Assembly (NCBI GenBank): GCA_027080995.1
Contig: JALWNT010000039.1
Coordinates: 72,689-136,688 of the forward strand
Source: Campylobacteraceae bacterium
Lineage (GTDB): Bacteria > Campylobacterota > Campylobacteria > Campylobacterales > Sulfurovaceae
DNA: 64,000 nt
Direction: 5' to 3'
Part shown: positions 37,319-49,532 of the stretch, one piece after another
Layout of the letters: every line of letters begins with the position of its first letter
How positions within the stretch are numbered: position 1 is the stretch's first letter
The notes under the pieces: model-generated
The model's input: only the letters and a program-made list of their open reading frames with translations
Told to the model about the DNA's origin: nothing
Databases searched by the model: none
Made by a program: the position numbers and the translations under genes

Positions 37319-39172
37319 ATGAGAGCTGATTACGGTCTTTCCATCTGGGGAGAAGAGAATTTTGTCATCGAAGGGGATACCGTCAACGTCAATCACGGTC
37401 GTCGTCCTTCGCTGCTAAAAATAACCGAGGATATCCGTAATCGCGGTTATCGCGGACCGTTGCTTTTGCGGTTTCCCCATCTGATACGCAAGCAGATCGA
37501 TACCCTTTTCGATGCTTTTGCCGGAGCACGGGAGGAGTTTGAATATCGGGGGGAATTTCGAGCGGTCTTCCCTCTGAAGGTCAACCAATATCCCCACTTC
37601 GTTGATGGGCTGATGGAAGCCTCCGCCGGGCGAAATTACGGACTTGAAGCGGGGAGCAAAGCCGAGCTGATCATCGCCATGGCCAAAACGCCGATGGGGG
37701 CGCCCATCACCGTCAACGGCTTCAAGGACCGGGAGATGATCTCTTTGGCGTTCATCGCGGCCAAAAGCGGTCATCGGATCATTCTGACCATCGAGGGGAT
37801 CAACGAGTTGGAGACGATCATCGCCGTGCATCGGGAATTCAACGCCGAGAGTCCCGATCCGGTCGCGCCGGGAATCGGAATGCGAATCCGCCTGCACAGT
37901 ACGGGGATCGGCATCTGGGCCAAGAGCGGAGGCTACAGCTCCAAATTCGGTTTGACCTCCACGGAATTGCTGGAGGCGTATGAGATGCTTCGGCGGGAGA
38001 AACTCCTCGACAACCTCCTGATGCTTCATTTCCACATCGGATCGCAAATGGGGCAGATCGGCCCGCTGAAAAAAGCCTTGCGTGAGGCGGGCAATCTCTA
38101 TGCCGAGCTCAAACGCCGGGGAGCGGATCATCTGCGGGCCATCAACATCGGCGGAGGCTTGGCCGTGGAGTACAGCCAGCACCGTCGGGGAATGCATCGC
38201 AACTATTCGATCCGGGAGTTCGCCAACGACGTCGTCTTCGCGATGAAAGAGATTGCCCGCCAAAAAGAGGTCGACGAGCCCGATATCTTCACCGAATCCG
38301 GACGCTTTGTCGCCGCGTCGCACGCGGTCCTCGTCGCGCCGGTTCTGGAGCTTTTCGGTCAGGAGTATCATGAGAGGAGTCTGAGACTCAAGCAAAAAAA
38401 TCCCCCTCTTGTCCAAGAACTCTACGAACTCTACGAGAGTATGCACCGTGGCAACGCCCGAGAGTATCTCCACGATGCGCTCGATCATCTCGAATCGCTA
38501 TTGACGCTCTTCGATCTGGGATACATCGATCTGGAGGATCGCTCCAACACCGAAATTCTCGTGCATCTCATCGTCAAAAAAGCGATACGCCTTCTGGACA
38601 ATGAAGAGGCGGGGGAGCTGCGCCGGCTGCAGAATCGGATCCAGGAGAAATACCTCGTCAACTTTTCGATTTTCCAGTCGCTGCCGGATTTCTGGGGGCT
38701 GCATCAGCATTTTCCGGTGATGCCCATCCATCATCTCAGCCGGAGGCCGACCCGTCCGGCCAGCCTATGGGATATCACCTGCGACAGTGACGGAGAGATC
38801 GCCTTCGATGCGGAGGAACCGCTGCTGCTGCACGACATCGACGTGGAACGTGAAGAGTACTTTCTCGCCTTCTTTCTGACGGGAGCCTATCAGGAGGTCC
38901 TGGGGATGCGCCACAACCTCTTCACCCATCCCACCGAAGCTGTGGTTCGTTTCGACGAAGAGGGGGAGTATCGGATCGAAACGATCGTCGAAGCGCAAAA
39001 TCTTCTCGATGTCCTGGACGATTTGGAGTACGACACCGGGCGCATCGACAAAGCGCTCAAAAGCCGAATCGAAGATTCGACGCTCATCGGCGATGCCGAA
39101 AAGCAGGAGTTGCTGGGCAAACTCTATCTCTATCTCAGCGAAAACAGTTATCTCAAGACGATCCAGTCGTGA
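37319..39172 (+). CDS. speA: Biosynthetic arginine decarboxylase
   Basis: 617 aa. It shows YGLSIWGEENFVIEG..., the PLP region FPLKVNQ, and a conserved C-terminal half (DITCDSDGEI...). Confidence 0.92.
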   Translation: MRADYGLSIWGEENFVIEGDTVNVNHGRRPSLLKITEDIRNRGYRGPLLLRFPHLIRKQIDTLFDAFAGAREEFEYRGEFRAVFPLKVNQYPHFVDGLMEASAGRNYGLEAGSKAELIIAMAKTPMGAPITVNGFKDREMISLAFIAAKSGHRIILTIEGINELETIIAVHREFNAESPDPVAPGIGMRIRLHSTGIGIWAKSGGYSSKFGLTSTELLEAYEMLRREKLLDNLLMLHFHIGSQMGQIGPLKKALREAGNLYAELKRRGADHLRAINIGGGLAVEYSQHRRGMHRNYSIREFANDVVFAMKEIARQKEVDEPDIFTESGRFVAASHAVLVAPVLELFGQEYHERSLRLKQKNPPLVQELYELYESMHRGNAREYLHDALDHLESLLTLFDLGYIDLEDRSNTEILVHLIVKKAIRLLDNEEAGELRRLQNRIQEKYLVNFSIFQSLPDFWGLHQHFPVMPIHHLSRRPTRPASLWDITCDSDGEIAFDAEEPLLLHDIDVEREEYFLAFFLTGAYQEVLGMRHNLFTHPTEAVVRFDEEGEYRIETIVEAQNLLDVLDDLEYDTGRIDKALKSRIEDSTLIGDAEKQELLGKLYLYLSENSYLKTIQS

Positions 39173-39258
39173 AAGAAGATGTCATGCGATAGCCGGCAGA
39201 GTTCCGGTATGCTTCCAAGAGAGGCTTCATAAAAAAACAAAAAGGTAAAAAAGATAGT

Positions 39259-39963
39259 ATGAATTTATGGCAAATGATCCGAGAGGATTTCCGCACCGTC
39301 CAACGCAACGATCCGGCACTGCACAATACCTTCGAACTCTTTTTCAACTACCCGGGTGTCTGGGCCCTTTTTTTCTATCGGATCAGTCATGCGCTCTATA
39401 TTCGGGGGTGGCGCTTTCTTCCACGGCTCATCTCCGCGATAGGACAGTTTCTCACCACCGTCGATATCCATCCGGGTGCTCAGATCGGTCGCGGGGTTTT
39501 TATCGATCATGCCACCGGAGTTGTCATCGGCGAAACAGCGATAGTCGGAGATAATGTACTGATCTATCAGCAGGTGACGCTCGGCGGAGTGAGTCTTTCG
39601 CGGGGCAAACGCCATCCGACCATCGACTCCAACGTCGTCATCGGTGCCGGTGCCAAAATTTTGGGCAATATCACCGTCGGGAAGGATGCCAAGATCGGTG
39701 CGAACTCCGTCGTGATTCGGGATGTGCCTCCCGGCTGCACCGCCGTAGGGGTACCGGCCCGCGTCGCCCGTCGCATCGACGGCAAAGCCCCTCTTAGCCA
39801 CAATGTCATGCCCGACATCAATAAGGAACTTTTCGACTATTTGCTCAAACGTATCGCCGTTTTGGAACATACGCTCAAAACCGGTGATCTGGAGACGATG
39901 GAGAAAAGCGATCAGGAACTCGATGAAATCTATCGGAATTTCATCGAAGCGATGAAGCGTTGA
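39259..39963 (+). CDS. cysE: Serine O-acetyltransferase
   Basis: 234 aa. It shows DPALHNTFELFFNYPG..., hexapeptide repeats, and DIHPGAQIGRGVFIDHATGVVIGETA. Confidence 0.9.
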   Translation: MNLWQMIREDFRTVQRNDPALHNTFELFFNYPGVWALFFYRISHALYIRGWRFLPRLISAIGQFLTTVDIHPGAQIGRGVFIDHATGVVIGETAIVGDNVLIYQQVTLGGVSLSRGKRHPTIDSNVVIGAGAKILGNITVGKDAKIGANSVVIRDVPPGCTAVGVPARVARRIDGKAPLSHNVMPDINKELFDYLLKRIAVLEHTLKTGDLETMEKSDQELDEIYRNFIEAMKR

Positions 39964-39982
39964 TTGGGCTTGATCTGGCATC

Positions 39983-39999
39983 AGGGGCCTCAAGCCCCT
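39983..39999. terminator. Bidirectional hairpin between convergent cysE and the oxidoreductase gene
   Basis: AGGGGC-ctcaa-GCCCCT, a GC-rich 6-bp stem in the 61-nt gap. Confidence 0.5.
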
Positions 40000-40024
40000 A
40001 AAACGAGTTTCTCATCCAGTGATT

Positions 40025-41023
40025 TCACTCCTCATCGAGAAGGTGGGCGGAGCTCCCCTCGCAGTTTTCGATCTGGCTGAGGATGTGCTTGGCGATGTGG
40101 TAGCCGTGGTTGAGTCCTAGGGCGATGGAACCGCCCGATTCTTGGGTGATGTCGCCCGCGACGTAGAGGCCGGGGACGTCGGTCATATAGTTTTCGTCGT
40201 GGACCGGTTTGCCGTCTTCGACCCGGATGCCCGAGCTTTGGAGGAAGGCGCTGGGAGTCGTGCCTCCGATGGCATAGATGACCCGGTCGAAGGTCTCGGG
40301 CTCGTGCCCGTCGAAAAGCACACGGACTCTGCCGTCGTCCTCCTCCAAACCGGTGATATCGACACCGAGGTAAGGACGGACCTCTTCATGCATGATGGCG
40401 TTGGCGATGTCGCGCTGGTTGGTGGGGTTGGCTCGCCGGAAAGTTTCGCGGCGGTAGCAGATGGTGACGTCGTTCTTCTCCGCCAGGTCCACGGCGTACT
40501 CGATTGCGGAGTCCCCGCCTCCGACGACGAGGATCTTCTCTCCTTCGCTGCAGTCGTCGAGGGTGAAATTGACGCGTTTACGGATGGAGGGTGGGATTTT
40601 GTAATCGGGTTTGTTGGGTTTGCCCATCCGTCCGATGGTCACGACGACGAAGCGTCCCTTGACGGGATCTTTGCCCGTGATCTGGACTTCGAAATGGTCG
40701 TCCTTCTTGACGATCTTTTGCACTTCGCTGTGGGTGCGCAGCTCCACGGAGTGGTGGGCGATCACTTCGTCGAAAAAGTCGAGCGTACTCTCTTTGGTGC
40801 CGTCGACGAAATAGATGTTGCCGTCGAGTTCGACTTTTTGACCTTTCCAATCCTTGTCGACCCGTTTTTTGTCTTTGTAATATTTGCGGATTGTGGAGTT
40901 GTGGTTTTCGTCCTTTTCGAGGACGACGATGTCCCGGATCCCGAGGATGTAGCTCTCCACCGCCGTGGCGATACCGGCGGGGCCGGCCCCGACGATGATC
41001 AGATTGTGTATCGAATTGTCCAT
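40025..41023 (-). CDS. FAD/NAD(P)-dependent pyridine-nucleotide-disulfide oxidoreductase (thioredoxin-reductase-like)
   Basis: 332 aa with dinucleotide folds IIVGAGPAGIATA and ILVVGGGDSAIEYA, and a C-terminal GLYVAGD. Confidence 0.85.
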   Translation of the reverse strand: MDNSIHNLIIVGAGPAGIATAVESYILGIRDIVVLEKDENHNSTIRKYYKDKKRVDKDWKGQKVELDGNIYFVDGTKESTLDFFDEVIAHHSVELRTHSEVQKIVKKDDHFEVQITGKDPVKGRFVVVTIGRMGKPNKPDYKIPPSIRKRVNFTLDDCSEGEKILVVGGGDSAIEYAVDLAEKNDVTICYRRETFRRANPTNQRDIANAIMHEEVRPYLGVDITGLEEDDGRVRVLFDGHEPETFDRVIYAIGGTTPSAFLQSSGIRVEDGKPVHDENYMTDVPGLYVAGDITQESGGSIALGLNHGYHIAKHILSQIENCEGSSAHLLDEE

Positions 41024-41050
41024 AACGATCCTTTATTCTCTTGATATTCA

Positions 41051-41059
41051 ATTATATCA
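41051..41059 (-). promoter_or_regulatory. Extended -10 promoter (TGATATAAT on the minus strand) for the oxidoreductase gene
   Basis: The reverse complement of 41051-41059 reads TGATATAAT, about 28 nt upstream of the ATG at 41023. Two TATCAC direct repeats lie nearby. Confidence 0.45.
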
Positions 41060-41176
41060 CAATATTAGTATCACTTATATTCATCCCTGCTCTTCGATCC
41101 GATTTATCCAAAATGGTGTTACCCGTGGTATAACCGTAACGTTAAAATTCCAAGTTTATGCGTAGAAGGAGAAAAA

Positions 41177-41515
41177 GTGAGAACAGAAAGAAGAGCGTTA
41201 ATCGGTACGGCGTTGCTCCTGGCGGCTTCGGCCCTCTGGGCCACTTTGCCCGGACAACCTGCACGCAGCAGTTACATAGGCAAGCGTTTTATGACTTTCG
41301 AAATGAACAACGGTCCCTCCTACAAATGGAAAAAACTCAAAGACGGCAGTTCGCTGCAGTGGTGGCGTTCGGATTTGGCGGGTTGCTGTGTGGGGCGTTA
41401 TGAGTCGGGAGTCGGAAACCGCTGTGAACTTCTGATCGAGTTGGATAAAAACAGGATAATCCGACAAATCCGCATTCTCGAGCACGGTTCGGCGTGTAAT
41501 ATCGCCTTGCGATAA
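41177..41515 (+). CDS. Hypothetical exported protein (112 aa)
   Basis: GTG start with an AAGGAG RBS and an N-terminal hydrophobic stretch (ALIGTALLLAASALWA). I recognised no family. Confidence 0.45.
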   Translation: MRTERRALIGTALLLAASALWATLPGQPARSSYIGKRFMTFEMNNGPSYKWKKLKDGSSLQWWRSDLAGCCVGRYESGVGNRCELLIELDKNRIIRQIRILEHGSACNIALR

Positions 41516-41518
41516 TAT

Positions 41519-42223
41519 TTATGCGGGAATAAACGGAAAATCGAGTGTCAGCTCATCCTCCTGGAAATAGGGGGCGGCTCCGATGCTTTCGGCCAACTCT
41601 TCCATGGCGCGATCTTCATGGCGTTGGCGGAGATTTCCCCGAACGCTCAAACGTATCACAGGATGACGCTGCCCATCGATGAGGATGTATTCGCCAGGAA
41701 TCATGCGCAGAGTAATGTCGAGGGTTTCACTCTCCTTGAAACTCTCCAGAGCTTTACGCAACAGGCGGGATGCATTGTTTTGATCGGTCAAAAGGGTGGG
41801 AAGGTCACGATCACTCATCAGGCGGATCTTTCCCTGATGCTCCAATCGATAGAAACCGATGGCCATGTCGAGCAAGAGATTCAGATCGGTTTCACGCAGC
41901 CGGCTGCTGTCGAGTTTGTGTTCCTCGGCGAGGCGAGGGCGATAGTAGAGGCGCATAGCGATCCACTCTTCACTGTTGTAGGCGATAGTAACCGCGTAAA
42001 ATTGGAGTTGATGGTAGTGCAGCTCCATCATCACGGTTTGCGTCCCGTAGTCTTTTGGAGCATGGGCCAGTGCGATTTGGAAAAGCTCTTTGTAATCGGC
42101 GTAGCCCAGGAGAATCTCCGCTGAATCGTTGAGGTAGAGGATGTGCCCTCGCTGGTTGAATACCAGGAGGGGAGAACCGTCGCTTTCGACAAGAAAGCGG
42201 AAGTCAATCGATGCGGTATTCAT
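41519..42223 (-). CDS. PAS-like + degenerate histidine-kinase-ATPase-like protein
   Basis: 234 aa. The N-terminus FLVESDGSPLLVFNQRGHILYLNDSAEILLGY is PAS-like. The C-terminal third has the strand/helix order of HATPase_c but no N- or G-box consensus. It overlaps the upstream regulator gene by 20 nt. Confidence 0.5.
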   Translation of the reverse strand: MNTASIDFRFLVESDGSPLLVFNQRGHILYLNDSAEILLGYADYKELFQIALAHAPKDYGTQTVMMELHYHQLQFYAVTIAYNSEEWIAMRLYYRPRLAEEHKLDSSRLRETDLNLLLDMAIGFYRLEHQGKIRLMSDRDLPTLLTDQNNASRLLRKALESFKESETLDITLRMIPGEYILIDGQRHPVIRLSVRGNLRQRHEDRAMEELAESIGAAPYFQEDELTLDFPFIPA

Positions 42224-42938
42224 GGAGTTTCTTTCTCAAGGTGTTGCGGTTGATGCCCAAAACCTCTGCCAATTTCAGCTGGGATTTATAGCGCTGAAGT
42301 CCGGCTTTGAGCAGAGGGCGTTCCAAAAGCCCCAGATTTTCCCGGTAGGCGTTGTTTCCTTCGAGCGTCCGGATGAAATAGTGCAGCAACCCCTCTTCCA
42401 ACTCTGCGGCATTGAGCTCCCGTAGTAGCGCCTCTCGGAAGATTGACGCCCGAAAACTGCGAAAATTACTTGAGAGATCGAGCTTTTCCAAATTGAGATC
42501 GGATGTTCCGGTCAACTGCATTGTCCGGCGGGCTTCATTGAGGAAATGCTCCTGCAGTGCCGGCAGATCTTCCGGACGTTCACGCAGGGGAGGCATATGG
42601 TAGATAAAGGCGAAAAGCCGGTCGTAGTGCTCCGGAACCGCCTCGAGGTCGGCGATGGCGATGATGCGTTTGCCCTCGAGATCAAGGTTCTCGGGAGAGG
42701 GAATCGCTTCGAAGTTTTCGATGATCAACTCCTGTTCCCTCTCCAGCATTTGCATCAGTTCTCGCTCTTCGCTCCCGTCGACGACGGGCAGGTGTGGGAA
42801 GATTCGACGTACGAGAGTTCGTTTTCCGCTATGGGGTTCTCCGATAATGATGCTCGAGATGAAGAGGCCGCGTGTCAATTTCAAACTCTCTTCGATCTGT
42901 CGAACTACAGGATTTTCACTCGAGAGGTAATCGCTCAT
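42204..42938 (-). CDS. Truncated enhancer-binding-protein-like regulator (partial AAA+ module + Fis-type HTH), no receiver domain
   Basis: 244 aa with a Walker-A-like GEPHSGKRT. It keeps ...MPPLRERPEDLPALQEHFL..., which corresponds to the EBP block lPpLReR.eDI..L..hFl. The C-terminus is LKLAEVLGINRNTLRKKLHEY. There is no GAFTGA loop. Confidence 0.7.
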   Translation of the reverse strand: MSDYLSSENPVVRQIEESLKLTRGLFISSIIIGEPHSGKRTLVRRIFPHLPVVDGSEERELMQMLEREQELIIENFEAIPSPENLDLEGKRIIAIADLEAVPEHYDRLFAFIYHMPPLRERPEDLPALQEHFLNEARRTMQLTGTSDLNLEKLDLSSNFRSFRASIFREALLRELNAAELEEGLLHYFIRTLEGNNAYRENLGLLERPLLKAGLQRYKSQLKLAEVLGINRNTLRKKLHEYRID

Positions 42939-43016
42939 TTTTTATCCATTCCAACGTATACAATGTTTTTGAATCATATCAAAAAATAGGCAGAGGATAA
43001 AAGATAACCGAATAAT

Positions 43017-43044
43017 GGATTTGGATGTTGATGTGGATGTTGCC
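43017..43044. repeat. 7-nt-periodic array (GGATTTG GATGTTG ATGTGGA TGTTGCC)
   Basis: It uses the same GGAT/TTG-rich word family as the arrays at 60203, 61431 and 62788. It lies in the divergent promoter gap upstream of purL. Confidence 0.5.
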
Positions 43045-43154
43045 TCGTAGAAGAACACTCCTCTACCAATCAGAACTAAAGACCCCCAATACACCAAACT
43101 CCAAGCCCCTTTTCAGTAAAATAGCCCCACTTTTACCGAGACAAAAGGAACGCC

Positions 43155-45380
<2,226 letters not shown>

Positions 45381-45381
45381 G

Positions 45382-45849
45382 ATGCATAGATCAAGTTTTG
45401 CCCTGTTTGCGGCCGTTTCGATCGCGTCGATTGTCTCCTCTTTGCCGGCCGCCTCGGAAAAGCCCTTTCACCCTCAGGTAATCGCGGGGGAGATGATGCC
45501 GGCGAAGCTGCGTGAACAAAACAGTGAAATCGTACGCAAAGCGGCGGCTTCGCTCTCCGAAGGGCTTCCCAAAAAGGTCGACGCTTATACGACGCTTCAA
45601 AGTATTCGAGCCGAGGGGACGACGCTGCTCTATACCTTTGCACTGAATGTCGGTCCCAAAAGTGACGAAGCGATCCGCCGAGAGGGAGAGGAACGAATGC
45701 GCCGCAACGTCACGGCCGGAGTCTGTCGACGCTCCAAACGTTTCCTCGATGTAGGCATCACGTTGGCTTATCGTTACATCAATGCCGCGACGGGCAAAGA
45801 GCTTTTCCGCTTCGATATCGACAAAAAGAGTTGCAAGCGCTTCTACTGA
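45382..45849 (+). CDS. Hypothetical exported protein (155 aa)
   Basis: The ATG is 1 nt after the purL stop, with a signal-like N-terminus (FALFAAVSIASIVSSLPAAS). I recognised no family. Confidence 0.5.
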   Translation: MHRSSFALFAAVSIASIVSSLPAASEKPFHPQVIAGEMMPAKLREQNSEIVRKAAASLSEGLPKKVDAYTTLQSIRAEGTTLLYTFALNVGPKSDEAIRREGEERMRRNVTAGVCRRSKRFLDVGITLAYRYINAATGKELFRFDIDKKSCKRFY

Positions 45850-45861
45850 TTCTACCTTTCA

Positions 45862-45889
45862 TCAATGGAGAATCGAATCTCTCCATTGA
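45862..45889 (+). terminator. Intrinsic-terminator-like hairpin
   Basis: TCAATGGAGA-(8 nt)-TCTCCATTGA, a perfect 10-bp stem followed by TTTCAG, 13 nt after the stop at 45849. Confidence 0.55.
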
Positions 45890-45979
45890 TTTCAGAAACT
45901 TTCTTCTATTTTTTAATGTACTTTTGAGGTGATTTTACGTCATAATATACCTATCAATATGATAGGAGAAAACGTAGAG

Positions 45980-47563
<1,584 letters not shown>

Positions 47564-47573
47564 TTTCTTCCGT

Positions 47574-47591
47574 TTCCGGCTTCGGCCGGAA
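47574..47591 (+). terminator. Hairpin after pckA (TTCCGGC-ttcg-GCCGGAA)
   Basis: 7-bp stem with a UUCG loop 11 nt after the stop, with no T-tract. Confidence 0.4.
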
Positions 47592-47675
47592 TGGCAATAA
47601 CCAATTTCACTAGTATAGTTATGGAAGGTGCCCGCCGATTGACATTGTGGCGCAACGCGTGTATGGAACCGTTCA

Positions 47676-47703
47676 CCCTTCTCATAAAGAAGGGAGAGTT
47701 TTT
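47676..47703 (+). terminator. Intrinsic terminator (CCCTTCT-cataa-AGAAGGG + agagTTTTT)
   Basis: 7-bp stem followed by a T5 run on the plus strand, between the convergent pckA and pagL-like genes. Confidence 0.55.
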
Positions 47704-47715
47704 CAGAACGTTTAC

Positions 47716-48276
47716 TCAGAATTTGTAGCTGATCGAACCGATAAAAATATCGATGCCGTCGTTGGGTTTTTTGATGGAGGCGTTGGAGTAGTGCATGTAG
47801 CGGAAACCGAAGTCCCAACGCCCTACGCGCAGACCGCCGCCGAAGCGATCTTCGAAGAGGTAATGGGTGGAGAGGTCCCGCGGTCCCATTTCAGTTTTGC
47901 TGAAGAGAGAGGCGCCGATGCCGCCTTCGAGATAGGGATGAACTTTCTCGGAGACGTTGAAGTAGTAGGCGAAGACGGGGGAGAGAGCGACACCGAAATT
48001 GTCGACACCGTATCCGTTCCAGTAGTTCAAAGAACCTTCCCAGTAACCGGAAAGACAACCGACGGAGCTTTCGAACCAGCGGGAAGAGAAATCTTTGCGT
48101 AGGCCGAGGCGGTAGATATCGATATCATCTTTACTCTGTCCGTAATTGATCGTGACGGCATCGACCCAACTCTGTTTCTCGACGATGGATGCGGCGGAAG
48201 AGGGCGGGCGTAAATCACCTCCTCCATAGAGCGATAACGCCGCCAGCGCCAGGATGCCTGTTCGTAAAATTTTCAT
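47716..48276 (-). CDS. pagL: Outer-membrane lipid A deacylase (PagL / acyloxyacyl hydrolase family)
   Basis: 186 aa with a signal peptide and beta-barrel-like alternating pattern ending ...SISYKF. The HYSNA motif matches the PagL catalytic H-x-S-N. Confidence 0.75.
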   Translation of the reverse strand: MKILRTGILALAALSLYGGGDLRPPSSAASIVEKQSWVDAVTINYGQSKDDIDIYRLGLRKDFSSRWFESSVGCLSGYWEGSLNYWNGYGVDNFGVALSPVFAYYFNVSEKVHPYLEGGIGASLFSKTEMGPRDLSTHYLFEDRFGGGLRVGRWDFGFRYMHYSNASIKKPNDGIDIFIGSISYKF

Positions 48277-48286
48277 TGTTCACCTT

Positions 48287-48383
48287 GTTGATTGAGCTTT
48301 TTGAAAACCGAAAATTTCAACTCGGTCTCTATGCTGATCTCTCCGAGAAGGTATATCCTACGGAACGTTCATAGAGCTTCAAT
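48287..48383. repeat. Possible degenerate relative of the 117-nt element
   Basis: It starts TTGATTGAGCTTTTTGAAAACCGAAAATTTCAACTCGG, compared with TTGATTGCTCTGAAAAACCGAAATGACTCG in copy A. It ends AGAGCTTCAATA, an imperfect inverted match to the head. Confidence 0.35.
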
Positions 48384-48556
48384 ACTAAATAATATGTCAT
48401 GCAATTTTACCGTCAGTAAGATTAAACAATAATAAACAAGATTGGAGAACTGATAAACCGTTTATGAACAGAATTGCAGCTTTGGAGAGAAAAATCGATA
48501 TAATTCGCTTACATCAGGTTTCGACCATTCCAATGAACGATAAGGATCCAACGATT

Positions 48557-49519
48557 ATGCGTGTACTTTCCGGCATTCAGCCTTCGGGCAAACTTCATCT
48601 GGGCAACTATTTCGGAGCCATCGCACAGATGCTCCGTCTGCAGGAGGAGCATGAACTCTTCGCTTTCATCGCCAACTATCACGCCCTCAGCGGCGGAGCC
48701 GATCTGGCGGAGTTGAAGCGTAACACCTTCGAAGTGGCTGTCGACTTTCTGGCCCTGGGGATCGATCCCGAAAAGACCGTTTTTTGGGTCCAGAGCCATG
48801 CGAAGGAGGTTTTGGAGCTCTACTGGATCCTCTCCCGCTACACGCCGGTCGGCCTGCTGGAGAGGGCCCACAGCTACAAAGACAAAGTAGCCAAAGGGAT
48901 CGCTCCGAGTCATGCACTCTTCAGCTATCCCGTACTGATGGCCGCCGACATTCTTCTCTACGACGCCGAGAAGGTTCCCGTGGGCAAAGATCAGATCCAG
49001 CATCTGGAGATGACGCGAGATATCGCCATCAAGTTCAATAACGAACACGGAGAGATCTTCACGATTCCCGAAGCGATGGTGGAGGAGTCGGTCGCTACGG
49101 TCCCGGGTCTGGATGGAGCGAAAATGAGCAAAAGCTACAAAAACACCGTCGAGATTTTCATGGAGGAGAAAGCGCTGCAAAAACGCTGCAACAAGATCGT
49201 CACCGACTCGACGCCGTTGGGTGAACCTCTCGACCCCGAGACTTGCAACGTCTATGCGCTTTGCAGTCTCTTTTTGGACGAGGAGGGGCGTCAGGAGTTG
49301 GCCGAGCGTTACCGCAGCGGTACGGAAGGCTACGGTGCTTTCAAAAAATTTCTCAAAGAGTTGATCTGGGAGCATTTTGCCGAAGCGCGTGAGCGCCGTG
49401 CCTACTATCTCTCCCGTCCCGACGAAGTAACGGACATCCTCGAAGCCGGTGCAGCACGGGCCCGGGCCATCGCCGAACCCAAAATGGCTCTGGTGCGCGA
49501 CGCCGTGGGCATCCTTTGA
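48557..49519 (+). CDS. trpS: Tryptophan--tRNA ligase
   Basis: MRVLSGIQPSGKLHLGNYFGA carries the HIGH-type motif, and KMSKS is present. The start is chosen at the ATG preceded by AAGGA. In-frame ATGs at 48464 and 48533 are alternatives. Confidence 0.93.
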   Translation: MRVLSGIQPSGKLHLGNYFGAIAQMLRLQEEHELFAFIANYHALSGGADLAELKRNTFEVAVDFLALGIDPEKTVFWVQSHAKEVLELYWILSRYTPVGLLERAHSYKDKVAKGIAPSHALFSYPVLMAADILLYDAEKVPVGKDQIQHLEMTRDIAIKFNNEHGEIFTIPEAMVEESVATVPGLDGAKMSKSYKNTVEIFMEEKALQKRCNKIVTDSTPLGEPLDPETCNVYALCSLFLDEEGRQELAERYRSGTEGYGAFKKFLKELIWEHFAEARERRAYYLSRPDEVTDILEAGAARARAIAEPKMALVRDAVGIL

Positions 49520-49532
49520 TCGGAGAGAGCGT

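Noticed and set aside
47640-47668. TTGACA-17 nt-TATGGA promoter-like sequence between pckA and the pagL-like gene
   Set aside because: It would drive only about 30 nt before the plus-strand terminator at 47676-47703. It has a weak -10 element and no downstream gene.
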